Shown here: piece after piece, positions 18,120 to 29,200 of the stretch
Layout of the letters: the number at the start of each line of letters is the position of its first letter
Numbering within the stretch: position 1 is the first letter of the stretch
NCBI GenBank assembly: GCA_965263025.1
Contig: OZ253578.1
Coordinates: 879,614 to 943,613, forward strand
Length of the DNA stretch: 64,000 bases
Direction of reading: 5' to 3'
Source: Chloroflexota bacterium
GTDB taxonomy: Bacteria > Chloroflexota > UBA11872 > VXNJ01
The notes under the pieces: generated by a model
Databases searched by the model: none
The model's input: the letters and a program-made list of their open reading frames with translations, nothing else
What the model was told of the DNA's origin: nothing
Program-made: the position numbers and the translations under genes

Positions 18120-20371
18120 ATGAATCTTGTCGGATACACCGATAGGTTAAGCGTGGCCCCGGATGAAACCATCCGGTTCATGGTCAGTTGCAATCATTCC
18201 GAATACCGGGCCGATCTGGTCCGCCTGATTCACGGCGACGAGAACCCCGCCGGCCCCGGATTCAAAGAGCGGGAAGTCGGCTCCGCGATCAACGCCCAAT
18301 ACAAAGGCCGCCACCAAGCCATTCGAAGCGGGTCCTGCGTCGTCGTGCCCGACTGTCCAGCCTTTAGCGAGCTTCGCAGCTTCACCCTCACGGCCTGGAT
18401 ATACCCGACCACACCGGAACGCGGCGAGCAGGGCCTGCTTACACGTTGGTGCACGCCAACCGGCGAGGGGTTTGGACTGTTCATCGACGGGAAGGGAAGT
18501 CTGTCCATCTGGCTGGGAGACGGTCGCGGTCGGGTGGAGCGGATCGGCACAGGCGCGCCCGTTCGAGCCCGGGACTGGTCTTTCGCCGCCTGCGGCTACG
18601 ACTCCGACGAGCGGCGCGTCTTCGTTTACGAATCGCCGGTTCGCCCCTCGCCGGTCGAGGAAGAGCGAGTCTCGGTCGAACGATCCGTAGGGCAACGGTT
18701 GACCAACGTCGCCGGCGCGCCTCTCATCATGGCCGGATGCTTCGAGGCGGAGCGGTCAGGGCGGTTGCTGACGAGCAATCACTTCAACGGCAAGATCGAC
18801 CGTCCCGGACTGTTCGACCGGGCGCTGACATCCGGGGAGCTGGAAGCTCTCGAATCTGGACGTTCGCCGCTCGAATTCGACGACTCCCTGGTGGGAGCGT
18901 GGAATTTCGGCGCCGACTTCGATTCCGACAAAGTCGCCGATACGTCCCGGAACCAGCTTCACGGACGCGCCCTAAACGTGCCAACACGCGCCGTCACGGG
19001 CTACAACTGGACAGGTTCCGAAATGGACTTCAGGCGCGCTCCCGCCGAGTACGGCGCGATTTACTTTCACGATGACGACCTCGAAGACGCGGCCTGGGAA
19101 GCGGATTTCGAGCTTACGATTCCCCCGGACCTCGAAAGCGGCGTTTACGCGGCTCGATTGCGGGCTGGCGACGATGAGGACTACCTGCCTTTCTTCGTTC
19201 GTCCTCCCAAAGGCAAGTCAACAGCCCGAATCGCCTTTCTCGCCCCTACCGTCCACTACACGGTCTACTCCAATTTCAGAGACGTGATGGCGGGACACTG
19301 GGACCCCGTTCGAGTGCCGAACGCCGACACAAGCCTGCATCTCGAGGAATATCGGTACGCCGCCGAAAACGGATTGCCCGGTCTGTACGACCTCCATTCC
19401 GACGGCTCCGGAACTAGCTGCGTTTCGAGATTGCGCCCCATTTTGAACATGCGGCCGAAATTCCGTTATCGCGTGTGGAGCGCCCCGGCGCGGTTTCCGG
19501 CCGACCTGTATCTGATCGACTGGCTCGACGCCCGCGGGTTCTCGGTCGACGTGCTCACCGACGACGATCTCCACGCCGAGGGCGCCGACCTTCTCGCTCC
19601 CTATCGGATGGTTCTGACAGGTTCCCATCACGAATACTGGACGTCTCAAATGCTCGACGCCATGCGCGCCTATCTGGATGGCGGCGGCAGACTCATGTAC
19701 ATGGGCGGCAACGGCTTTTTTGGCGTCACGTCAGTCGATCCGGCCAGACCCCACGTCTACGAAGTCCGCCGCTGGGGGACAAGCTGGCCGTTCGAAATGC
19801 CGCCCGGCGAGCGGCATCACGCCACGACCGGCGAACCTGGCGCAACCGCGGCAGGGCGCCGCAGCAAATGCTGGGCGTCGGCACGTGCGCGGCTGGATTC
19901 GACCGCGGCGCCTATTACGTGCGGCAGCCCGACAGTTTCGACCCCAGGGCCGAGTTCATCTTTGACGGCATCGAGGATAACGAACTTGTCGGCGACTTCC
20001 CGTCGCTAGTCGTTAACCACGGTCCGGCCGGATACGAAATAGACCGTCTCGACTTCAGCCTGGGAACGCCGCGCCACGCGCTGCTGCTGGCTTCGTCGAT
20101 GAACCACTCGAAGCTGTACTCCGCGATGCAAGATGAGCAACTGGCATTCCCCAGAGGAATCGACGGAGTTAAGCCGGGCTCCCCGACAGAAGAAGGAAAG
20201 ATACATCCCTTCATCCGCGCCGACATGGTCTACTTCGAAACGAAGAACGGCGGAGCTGTATTTTCGGTCGGATCGATAGCCTGGATGAGCTGCCTCTCTC
20301 ACAACGACTACGACAACAATGTGTCCCGGATCACCGAAAACGTGCTGTCTCGATTCTCTTCCCCCGAATAG
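18120..20371 (+). pseudogene. N,N-dimethylformamidase large-subunit-like protein (LamG-like plus C-terminal domains) with a frameshift near 19836-19840
   Basis: ORF 18120..20009 carries family-like sequence up to ...ERHHATTGE. The homologous continuation WRNRGRAPQQMLGVGTCAAGFD...FSVGSIAWMSCL is in the frame of ORF 19475..20371. Confidence 0.7.
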
Positions 20372-20525
20372 GCTTCGTTACCCTGGAGGTTTGCAGGCCA
20401 GGCTTTCGCGACTCGCGAGCGGCTTCGGGATATGCTTCTAACCTCGGTCGGCATGTTGGTCGGAGTGCGGAAACCCGCGCCTCGCCCACAAAGCCGTAGC
20501 GCCTGGATCGGAAAGGTTTCTCGCG

Positions 20526-21749
20526 ATGGCCGAAGAGTTTGAGAGGGGCCCAACCCGACCGGAATTTCCACTGCCGCCGCCTATTCCATTCCCGGAGCGC
20601 GGATCGCCGGAAGATGCGGTGATCGAAGATCTCGGCGAAGTAATCAGCGAGAATCCGTACGAGGTCGAAAAGAACTTCGGAGTGAGCTATGTTGGGCCGC
20701 CCCACCCCATAACCCGGCGAGCCGCCGAGGTCGCCCGCGGAACCTTCTTTGTCGAGTGGGGCCGCGTACAACAACCCGCGACCTACCGGCTGGAAAAGGA
20801 AGCCGTTCGCATGATGGCGTCGCTCTTTGGCAAGCCGGACGCCGTGGGCTTCATAACCAGCGGCGGCACCGAGTCGAATGTCTCGGCTCTGCGCCTGGCA
20901 AGAAATCTGGCCCGGAAGAAGAATCCCGAAGTCGTAATGCCTGAATCGGCCCATTACAGCTTTCGAATAGCAGCCGAACTGATGGGCATTCAGGTCAACG
21001 AGGTCGCGCTCGATTCGGACTATCGTCCTCGAATGGAAGAGATAGAGCGGGCGATCAATAGCAACACGGTCGCGCTGGTCTGCTCGGCGCCGGAAGGCCA
21101 TCTGGGTCTCGTCGATCCCGTTGCCGAGTTTGCGGAAATCGCTGAGCGGCACGGCCTGTACCTTCACGTCGACGGCGCGTTCGGCGGGTTTTTCTTGCCG
21201 TTTCTCAGCGACCTTGGCATCGAGGCCCCGGCCTTCGACTTCAAACTGCCAGGCGTCAGCTCGATCATGACCGACGGACACAAGCTGGGGCTGCTGCCGG
21301 TCGCGACCGGGTTCTTACTCGTTCGGGACGAAGCAATGCTTGACGCCATTCCCACTCAAACCACCGTCATTCACAACCTAACGGCCACCAAGCCCGGCGA
21401 TCACGCGGCCGCGGCCTGGGCGGTAATGCGGCATCTGGGCCGAGCCGGATATGCGGAATCCGCGCGCGGTCTGATTAACGTGGTCAATCTTGTCGCCGAA
21501 GGCGTTGAGCGGATAGACGGAATCCGCCTGCTGGTAAAACCAATGATCGCGGTAGTCAACATCGCTTCGGACGAGTGCGACGTAGGCAAGATCTACAACG
21601 GCCTCCGGTCACGCGGCTGGGGCGCCACGCACGGTCGGGCCGGCGCCGTGGAGACAGTTCGCCTGTCGCTTCATCCGGCTCGCGATGCAGAACATGCGCG
21701 CGGATTCGTCCGCGCGCTCGAAGAGTCCGTGCGAGAGGCGCGGCCCTAG
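20526..21749 (+). CDS. group II PLP-dependent decarboxylase (MfnA/tyrosine- or aspartate-decarboxylase-like)
   Basis: SGGTESNVSALRLAR, HVDGAFGGFFLPF, MTDGHKLGLLP (PLP Lys). Confidence 0.8.
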   Translation: MAEEFERGPTRPEFPLPPPIPFPERGSPEDAVIEDLGEVISENPYEVEKNFGVSYVGPPHPITRRAAEVARGTFFVEWGRVQQPATYRLEKEAVRMMASLFGKPDAVGFITSGGTESNVSALRLARNLARKKNPEVVMPESAHYSFRIAAELMGIQVNEVALDSDYRPRMEEIERAINSNTVALVCSAPEGHLGLVDPVAEFAEIAERHGLYLHVDGAFGGFFLPFLSDLGIEAPAFDFKLPGVSSIMTDGHKLGLLPVATGFLLVRDEAMLDAIPTQTTVIHNLTATKPGDHAAAAWAVMRHLGRAGYAESARGLINVVNLVAEGVERIDGIRLLVKPMIAVVNIASDECDVGKIYNGLRSRGWGATHGRAGAVETVRLSLHPARDAEHARGFVRALEESVREARP

Positions 21750-21811
21750 CCGATGAAAGAATCCACAGTCGTCCTCAACGCCAAAGGCGCCCGCCCAAGG
21801 GAGGTCCAGCC

Positions 21812-23032
21812 ATGACGAGTACGCCGACGATGGAGCGCAAAGCCGCCCAGCGCGTCATGAAGTCCCACGCGCTTCGTGAACGGGCCATGAAAGTCCTGGC
21901 GCGCGGTCACCAGGGCCACCGCAACCCGCACGACACGCTCGACGTGGGAGGACCGGGCTACGCGTCGCGATCGCTTGGGTCGCGAATCTGGGATGTCGAC
22001 GGCAACGAATACATCGACTACGTGATGAGCTTCGGCCCGATCGTGCTCGGGCACTCCGACCCCGAGTTCAACGAGGCAATAACACGCCGGATCGCTCGCG
22101 GCACCGTCACGAGCATTCAGGAGGCCGACGAGATCGAGCTGGCCGAAGCCCTGGTTCAGCGCGTGCCGTCGGCCGAGATGGTCTCGCTGTTCATCGGAGG
22201 ATCGTCCGCCTGCTCCGCCGCGCTACGGTATGCCCGCGCATCCACCGGCCGGACCATGGCCGTCAAGTGCGGCTACCACGGATGGCTCGACTGGAGCGGC
22301 GCGGGCGGCGAAGGCATTCCCTCGCAAGTCGCCGACCTCACAATCGAAGTCAAATACAACGATCTCGAAGCAATCGAAGCCGCGTTCGAGGCCCATCCGT
22401 CCGACATCGCCGCCGTGTTCATCGAGTCAGTGCAAGATGACGGTCCGCGCGAGGGCTATTTCGACGCGGTCCGGAATCTCGCCCATCGTTACGGCGCGGT
22501 TTTCGTCCTGGACGAGGTTAAAACGGGATTCCGCTATGCCCTGGGCGGCGCGCAGGAGTACTACGGCATCGAACCGGATCTGACGGTTTTCGGCAAGGCG
22601 CTTTCCAACGGCTATCCGGGATCGGCCGTCGTCGGACGGCGCGAGATTTTCGAGTCCGGCGACGCGCGCATGGGCGCAACCTTCCACGGTGACGGACTCT
22701 CCATAGCCGCCGCGCTTGAGACGATTCGCCGCCTTGAGCGCGACGACGGGATCGCCCATCTGTGGCGCATCGGAAGCCGGCTGAAGCAAGGTCTGAGCGA
22801 CGTATTTGCCTCCACTGGCGGCTGGATGACCGTAGCCGGGGATCCGCCCATGCTGCGCGTGCTACCGGCGGACGCTGAAGACCCGCGCGGAGCCGCCTTC
22901 TACGCCGGTATGCACTTGAGAGGCGTTTATATGATCCGTGGCGTGTGCTTCGCTTCCCTGGCGCACACCGAGTCCGACGTCGACCAGACCATCGAAGCAG
23001 CGATCGGAGCCGTCGCGAGCGCAGACGCGTAA
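21812..23032 (+). CDS. class III aminotransferase (glutamate-1-semialdehyde aminomutase-like)
   Basis: VLDEVKTGFR and FGKALSNGYP (PLP Lys). ATG 21812 has AAGGGAGG upstream. The track's longer N-terminal extension (from 21575) is Arg-rich and overlaps the previous gene. Confidence 0.85.
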   Translation: MTSTPTMERKAAQRVMKSHALRERAMKVLARGHQGHRNPHDTLDVGGPGYASRSLGSRIWDVDGNEYIDYVMSFGPIVLGHSDPEFNEAITRRIARGTVTSIQEADEIELAEALVQRVPSAEMVSLFIGGSSACSAALRYARASTGRTMAVKCGYHGWLDWSGAGGEGIPSQVADLTIEVKYNDLEAIEAAFEAHPSDIAAVFIESVQDDGPREGYFDAVRNLAHRYGAVFVLDEVKTGFRYALGGAQEYYGIEPDLTVFGKALSNGYPGSAVVGRREIFESGDARMGATFHGDGLSIAAALETIRRLERDDGIAHLWRIGSRLKQGLSDVFASTGGWMTVAGDPPMLRVLPADAEDPRGAAFYAGMHLRGVYMIRGVCFASLAHTESDVDQTIEAAIGAVASADA

Positions 23033-23291
23033 GGCCGATGTCGGAGTCGCGACCCCTGCGACAGACATCTCAAGAGCTTGCGGGATAGCGCTCGTTGAAA
23101 GTTCGGGGCGGCGGAGTCACGGCCACCGGAACCGATCGCGCAATCCGGGAATCGGCGCGCTCGTAGTGCGCTTGTCCAGCGCGGCCCTGAACGCCGCCCT
23201 CGATGCCGGGAATAAAAAGATCGGCGCCCGGACTTTGCCCGGGCGCCGATCTGATTGCGAGTTTTAGTAGCCGCTAACGCGGCGCTTTGTT

Positions 23292-23615
23292 CTAGTAGCG
23301 GTCCCCTCCATATCCACCTGATCCATATCCACCCGATCCACCCGATCCACCCGAACCTGAACGCTGCCTCGGCTGGCGCGGACGCGCTTCGTTTACAGTC
23401 AGCGGCCGCCCATCAAGGACTGTGCCGTTGAGCGACTCGACGGCGGCTCCGGCCTGATCCGAGTTGTCCATCGCCACGAACCCGAATCCGCGCGAACGTC
23501 CGGTTATCCGATCGGTCACAACCGTTGCCCGGCTAACGTCCCCAAATCGCTCAAACATCTCTCTCAACGACTCGTCACTAGTGTCGTAAGAGAGATTTCC
23601 CACATATATTTCCAT
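23292..23615 (-). CDS. RRM-type RNA-binding protein with a Gly-rich tail
   Basis: RNP2 IYVGNL, RNP1 RGFGFVAM, C-terminal SGGSGGSGGYGSGGYGG. Confidence 0.9.
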   Translation of the reverse strand: MEIYVGNLSYDTSDESLREMFERFGDVSRATVVTDRITGRSRGFGFVAMDNSDQAGAAVESLNGTVLDGRPLTVNEARPRQPRQRSGSGGSGGSGGYGSGGYGGDRY

Positions 23616-24034
23616 GCTCTATGAACTCATTTCTCCCGGTGGCTCCGCACCGCATTCGATCCCTTTCGCACCCCATAACCCTGTATGGGAACTTTGCGAA
23701 AATATCGTGATAATCCCGTCTTGTGCGTTCTTCTGCGGTGTTGAATTGAAGGAGGGTGACCCAGCTCAGCCCAGAGCCGCAACTCGCGGGCGGCCTGGAG
23801 GGGTTCCGCATAATCACTCAACGCACCGCGCCGTAGCGCAGTTCGACTGTAGGAGTGTAACATGCCTCTACTGGCCGGTGGCGCGGGGCGGGTTGGAATC
23901 GCCAAGAGAACTCGGTGGACCGCGTCGGCAGAGTCAGGTGCTACTCTGTCTGTGATGAATTCGACTCTATTCTTACGCCTTCGCCCGCGCCATGCTCCTG
24001 TAAAGTCTGGCGCCCTGCGCCAACCGTCCGACCA

Positions 24035-24964
24035 ATGAAATACCGCACGTTCGGCAAGACAGGCTGGCAGGTCTCCGAGGTCGGCATGGGGTGCTGGGGC
24101 CTCGGCGGGCAGTGGGGGCCTGTGGAAGGTGTCCAGGCTCAGGCCACCGTATTCGCGGCGCTCGATTCCGGAATCAACCTGTTCGATACGTCCGACAGCT
24201 ACGGCCCGCGCCGCAGTGAAGAGTTACTGGGCAAGGCGCTTGTCGGCCAGCGTCACCAGGCATTCATCGCAACCAAGGCAGGAAGCATCGGCGGACGAGA
24301 TGGCGAACCGCTAAATTTCGCCACGCCGGAGCACATTTATCTTTGCTGCGACGCGAGCCTTCACCGGCTGCGGACGGACTACATCGACCTCTATCAGTGT
24401 CACGTCCGGCGTCACGACAACAGGGACGTCTTCCTCGAAGCGTTCGAACGCCTTCAGGAGCGCGGCAAGATTCGATCCTACGGCGTGTCGAGCTTCTTCA
24501 CCGACGACGTGCTGGCGTTCGACGAGCATGGCCGCTGCGGAGTTGTGCAGGTTCCTTACAGCGTGGTCGAGCGAGACTATGAAAACGACGTGCTCCCGCT
24601 GTGCGCCGACCGGAACATCGGAACCCTCATTCGGGGGCCTTTGGCAAAGGGAGTATTGAGCGGCAAGTTTGCCCCGGACGCCAGATTCAACGATCAGGCG
24701 CGGATGGAATGGAATGCGGGCAAGGGGCGACGGAGTTTCGTCCAGATGGTCGAATCGGCCGGGAAGCTGTGGCCAATGGTTGACGCGTCGCGGTCAATGG
24801 CTCAAATCTCGCTCGCCTTCGCGCTTGCCAATCCAGCGGTCTCGTGCGTCATTCCCGGCGCCAAGTCACCCGGGCAAGCCACGGAAAACGCCGCCGCTTC
24901 GGACATCGAATTGACGAGCGCCGAGCTGGATCGAATCCGTGCGATCGCTCCGCCGGCAAGCTGA
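24035..24964 (+). CDS. aldo/keto reductase
   Basis: MKYRTFGKTGWQVSEVGMGCWGLGG and DTSDSYG. The start was moved to ATG 24035 (family-typical N-terminus). Confidence 0.85.
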   Translation: MKYRTFGKTGWQVSEVGMGCWGLGGQWGPVEGVQAQATVFAALDSGINLFDTSDSYGPRRSEELLGKALVGQRHQAFIATKAGSIGGRDGEPLNFATPEHIYLCCDASLHRLRTDYIDLYQCHVRRHDNRDVFLEAFERLQERGKIRSYGVSSFFTDDVLAFDEHGRCGVVQVPYSVVERDYENDVLPLCADRNIGTLIRGPLAKGVLSGKFAPDARFNDQARMEWNAGKGRRSFVQMVESAGKLWPMVDASRSMAQISLAFALANPAVSCVIPGAKSPGQATENAAASDIELTSAELDRIRAIAPPAS

Positions 24965-25003
24965 CTTGCATCCGGCGACGGCAGCCGGCGGGCGCCACGA
25001 CTG

Positions 25004-25993
25004 ATGCGCTTCGCGCGACTCGGAAACACAGGCGTCGAAATATCGAGAATCAGCCTGGGCACGGGTTTCTTCGGCGGAGCTATTCCCGAAGCGGAGTGCC
25101 TGCGGATACTGACCAGGGCGCTGGACCTCGGCATCAACGTAATCGATACGGCGGAGAAATACCTCCGGCCAACCCCCGGCGCCAGCGAAACGACTCTGGG
25201 GAGGATCCTGCGCGGCCGCCGCGACGAAGTCTTTCTCGCCACCAAGGTCGATCCAACCGGCGACCGCAGTGGTGAGCCGTCCGGCTGCGGACTCAGCCGC
25301 GCAATGGTCATAAGCGCCGTCGAAAGCAGTCTCCGGCGGTTGCAGACCGATTGTGTCGATCTCGTCTATGCGCACGCGCCTGATCCCGGAACTCCGCTCA
25401 GCGAGACGCTGTCCGCGTTCGATCATCTCATCGAGGCGGGCAAGATTCGCCACGCGGGACTCTCGAATCACCCGGCTTCCCTGGTTGCCGAGGCGCTGTC
25501 GGTGGCCGACCGCCTGGACTTGGGGCCGGTCGTCGCCACGCAGGACTTGTACAACCTGATGGAGCGCCGAAACGAAGCCGAGCTCTATCCCCTGTGCAGG
25601 CGGCGCGGTCTGGCAACCTTCGCCTACGCGCCGCTGGCCGGCGGACTCCTGACCGGAAAGTACACCCACGACATGGCCGGCGGCGATTCGGTTCCGTCGT
25701 CGTACCGGGCCGGCTACTTCGAGCGCGTCACCGACGAGTCCGGAGAAGCGTCGTCCGCGCCAAAGGTCACCGGCGGCGCGATCAGCCGCGCGGCGCGCAT
25801 AGCGAATTGGGCTGGAGAACGCGGTTACGATCCGGCTCACACCGCGCTGGCCTGGGTGCTCGGCAATCCCGACGTAACATCCGCCGTCATCGGCATAACC
25901 AGGCTTGACCAGCTCGAAAGAAACTCCGCGGGCTTCGATCTGGTCCTCTCGGATTCCGAACGAACCGAACTCTCCAACATCGCAGGCCGTTAG
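25004..25993 (+). CDS. aldo/keto reductase
   Basis: MRFARLGNTGVEISRISLGTGFFGG, IDTAEKY, GLSNH. Confidence 0.85.
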   Translation: MRFARLGNTGVEISRISLGTGFFGGAIPEAECLRILTRALDLGINVIDTAEKYLRPTPGASETTLGRILRGRRDEVFLATKVDPTGDRSGEPSGCGLSRAMVISAVESSLRRLQTDCVDLVYAHAPDPGTPLSETLSAFDHLIEAGKIRHAGLSNHPASLVAEALSVADRLDLGPVVATQDLYNLMERRNEAELYPLCRRRGLATFAYAPLAGGLLTGKYTHDMAGGDSVPSSYRAGYFERVTDESGEASSAPKVTGGAISRAARIANWAGERGYDPAHTALAWVLGNPDVTSAVIGITRLDQLERNSAGFDLVLSDSERTELSNIAGR

Positions 25994-26259
25994 CGAATCG
26001 GGTGTATGACCGATTTGTCGTGGACGGCAACGCGAAAATACCGTGATTGATAGACGACAGTGTCTAGCTCTGCTTCGGGCCTCCGCAACCGCTCCGTCTA
26101 TCTGGGTCTCCAGGAAACCAGAGTTGCCGCGGTAGCGGGGAGATACCGAACTAGACACGGCAGAGGGGAGCGGACGTCAGACGTGCTAGAAGGAGAATAT
26201 GACTTGTTCGCGACGAATATCTCAATGCAACTAGCGTTAGCCACGAATACGTTTGTCCC

Positions 26260-29200
26260 TTACAGCCCGTATACCTCTTCATCCCGCTCCCGTTCCAATT
26301 CTTGGTCGATTAGGCTAGAGGAAATATCACATCCCGCCCGCCCCACGGCGGCGATCTCCGAATCCTCAGATTCAGCCAAACCCTCAAAGTAACCGAGCTT
26401 CGTTTTTAGGTTGTCTGAATAAGGACCTGACTCTACGATCGGAACCCCAGGCCACATGATCACTCTTGCAATGCGCTCAGGTGTCCAGCCGACGGCACAA
26501 GCGACCCTGATCTTCGCCTCGGAAACGCTCCCGAAACCCGCTTCATGCACTGCGCCCGGGTGATCCATCGCCAGCAATTGCTGGAATAACGAAGGATCGT
26601 CTCCGACAAGTTCCGAGACGATCCATGCTGCGAAGAAGCATGCATCTGTCGTCTCTATAACCGACAGCGCGTCAATTCGTTGATCCGCCGAAAGGTTATT
26701 GAAGGCGTCACTTAACGTATGTTCAAGAGCATAGGCGTTTTGTAACGCGTCGGATCTGAGGAGCGAAATTAACCACTCGGCGAACAGATCCGTCTCATGC
26801 TCAAAGATATCTGAAATGAATAGATCTACTCCGGGCGCGCGCAACATTGCCGCCCGCCAGTCTTCGACGAGATCGTCCGAAACGCGCGGGCTCCTGTTGG
26901 GTTTCCAAAGATGGACTGCCGTCGTCTCCGCGACATCGGGTGAAAGATGAGCCAGCAACTGGCGAACGGTTCGTTTGGGAATCTGCCCTCGAGCAACCAG
27001 GGTAGCGAGTCCGCCACGGAATTGAGGTGCTAGATCAAGCGTCGCTTCCATTTCCTCTTCAAGCGGATCGTCCGCAGTGAGAACGACCGACATTGCCGCA
27101 AACTGCACGGTCTCCAGCGTCAGCGCGCGCAGCGTCAAAGGAAGCGCCCCTTCACGGTCCTTCAACCGCGACTCCCGCAGCAATGGCTCAACCAACATCC
27201 ACGTCAACCCCAGGTCAACCGCTCGCTCAGCCCATGCGTATGGATCAGCAGCACGTGCGGCAATCGCTTGAGTGACTGTCAGAGTTTCGTCGGGCAAAGT
27301 GCGTCCAGTTTCCGCAGCATTGCAGTTGGCATTCAGAATGAGGGGAAGAACATAGTCAGGACCACGCGGCTCAAGATCAGCGGCTAAGCGGCGTGCGGCC
27401 TCGCTCCTACGAGCCGACTCCTTTTCGAAATCGTCGGAAGATTGGTGAATTGGATAGAGCGTCGCAAACAGGTCTGGAATCCTGACGGCTACGCCAAGAT
27501 CAGCCCTGTGCGATAGCTCGCGGATGCGTATGAGAATGCCCGGATGTTCCGAGAACTTGTCAGCTAGGTCCGCGGCCATCGCCGAAGCATGTGATCGCAT
27601 AAATTCCCCTATGCGTTCGGGAGGCGACTCTGGCAAGATCGCGTAAAAGGCCCAGTTGTGCAGCATCTCGAAGAGCGATGACCAATTCTGAGGACCTTGC
27701 GCTGGAATGGCGTCCAGAACAGCCGGCCACAGTTGGACAAGCCCATCCAGACACGTACGCGATGCTAGTCCACTTGTGATGGTGAGTGACAACCCTGAAC
27801 CTGGGTCCGAGGTGGCGGAATCAAATCTTGGACTCATCGCCAAACACAATGCACGAAGCGCGGTCTGGGGATCGCCATTATCAGCCAAGTATCTCATCGC
27901 GGCTGTAGTCAGCAGCTTCCGGCGTTCGAGCTGCAAATTTTCGTAATGTGGAGCGGACTCAATCCACCGTTTTACGATTCCGAGTAGACCATCATCTGAG
28001 TCCCTTATCTGGTCATCTTCTGCGGCCTGCCTAAGGGACAGAGAAAGCGTCTCTGCTGGATTCGTCTCGAGCGAATAAGGCGCGATTTCCTTCAGCCCTT
28101 CGGGGTGTGCCGCAAGGGCGAATTGCGCCTGTCGCTCTCCAAGCCGCGAATACTGCGCAAAGTCTTTGGCTAGTCCGCTGCGGCAGAGTATCGGCTCGAT
28201 CGTATTCTTCGGGATTTGCGCGCCCATGAGGATTGCGCCAACCAGTGAGCCTACGATTGACCGCTCATCCAAGCGTTCCATCACGGGATCCAACGGGAGA
28301 TTTCGATAGGTTTCTGATGAGAAAAAAGCGTCCCCGACAATTGCGTACCGCAATTGAAACGGCCATATAGTGGCTTTCCCTGTCAGGGAGCCGGCCCGAA
28401 TCACCCCCGTGTGGCCTAAACCTGTCAATATGCGACGAACCTTGCCCATATCCAACTCAAGTATCGAACGAATATCTTCAAGTGAAACGCCGCCGTCATC
28501 CGTCAGCGCCGCGACGGCCAGAATCGTGTCCGCCTCGTCATCAATTAGGGTTCTGATTTTGTTAAGCAGCGATGCACCAGAGAAGAGCGAACCATAATCG
28601 CCGCGCGAAGCAAGATCGCATAGCGTGGCGGTCAGTCCGGGGCGGCCGCCTGACTGGTTGACAATGGTCCGCTGTAGATCGACGGGGCCGCCAATCCCAG
28701 CCGCCTTGACGATTTCCAGAACTTCGTCACGAGAGAGCAATTGCAGGTCGAGAACCGAATCGCCGCTGACACCGAGAGCTTGCAACACTCCTTCCTTGTC
28801 CCCCGGCCAAGTCACGGCGGAGATACGAAACTCGGCATGTATATCGGCTCGAATCTGCCGAACGCTGCGCAATAAATCCAGATCACCGTGAGCATCGTCG
28901 AGGACTACAACTTCCGGTGTTAACTCGCGTATGTCATTCGCAATCCTTCCTCTATCTGGATCGACCACGAACAACCAGCCGCGATCAACAAACTGCCTAA
29001 GCAGGTGCGTCTTTCCCGAAGCCGGATGTCCCGAGATGACGACGTCGCCTGAGCTCTCGACTAGCCATTGGACATCCGCATCACGTCCAACTAGGGGAAG
29101 GTCGCTCTGAAGCCGCGACGACAACGGAACGGCGGAAAGTGCGGAAGGCGCGCCGCTGAGACCAAGCAAATCACGGGTCCACTTAGGCGACCCGTACAGC

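Noticed and set aside
19475-20371. Treating ORF 19475..20371 as an independent gene.
   Set aside because: Its first ~120 codons are Arg/Pro-rich alternate-frame translation of the upstream ORF. Family-like sequence begins only at WRNRGRAPQQ, exactly where the upstream frame loses similarity. It is the C-terminal part of one frameshifted gene.
23296-23345. Short tandem repeats (ccacctgatccatatccacccgatccacccgatccaccc) as a possible CRISPR or microsatellite.
   Set aside because: They are the reverse complement of the Gly/Ser/Tyr-rich tail coding region of the RRM protein. There is no spacer-repeat architecture, and no CRISPR array anywhere in the window.
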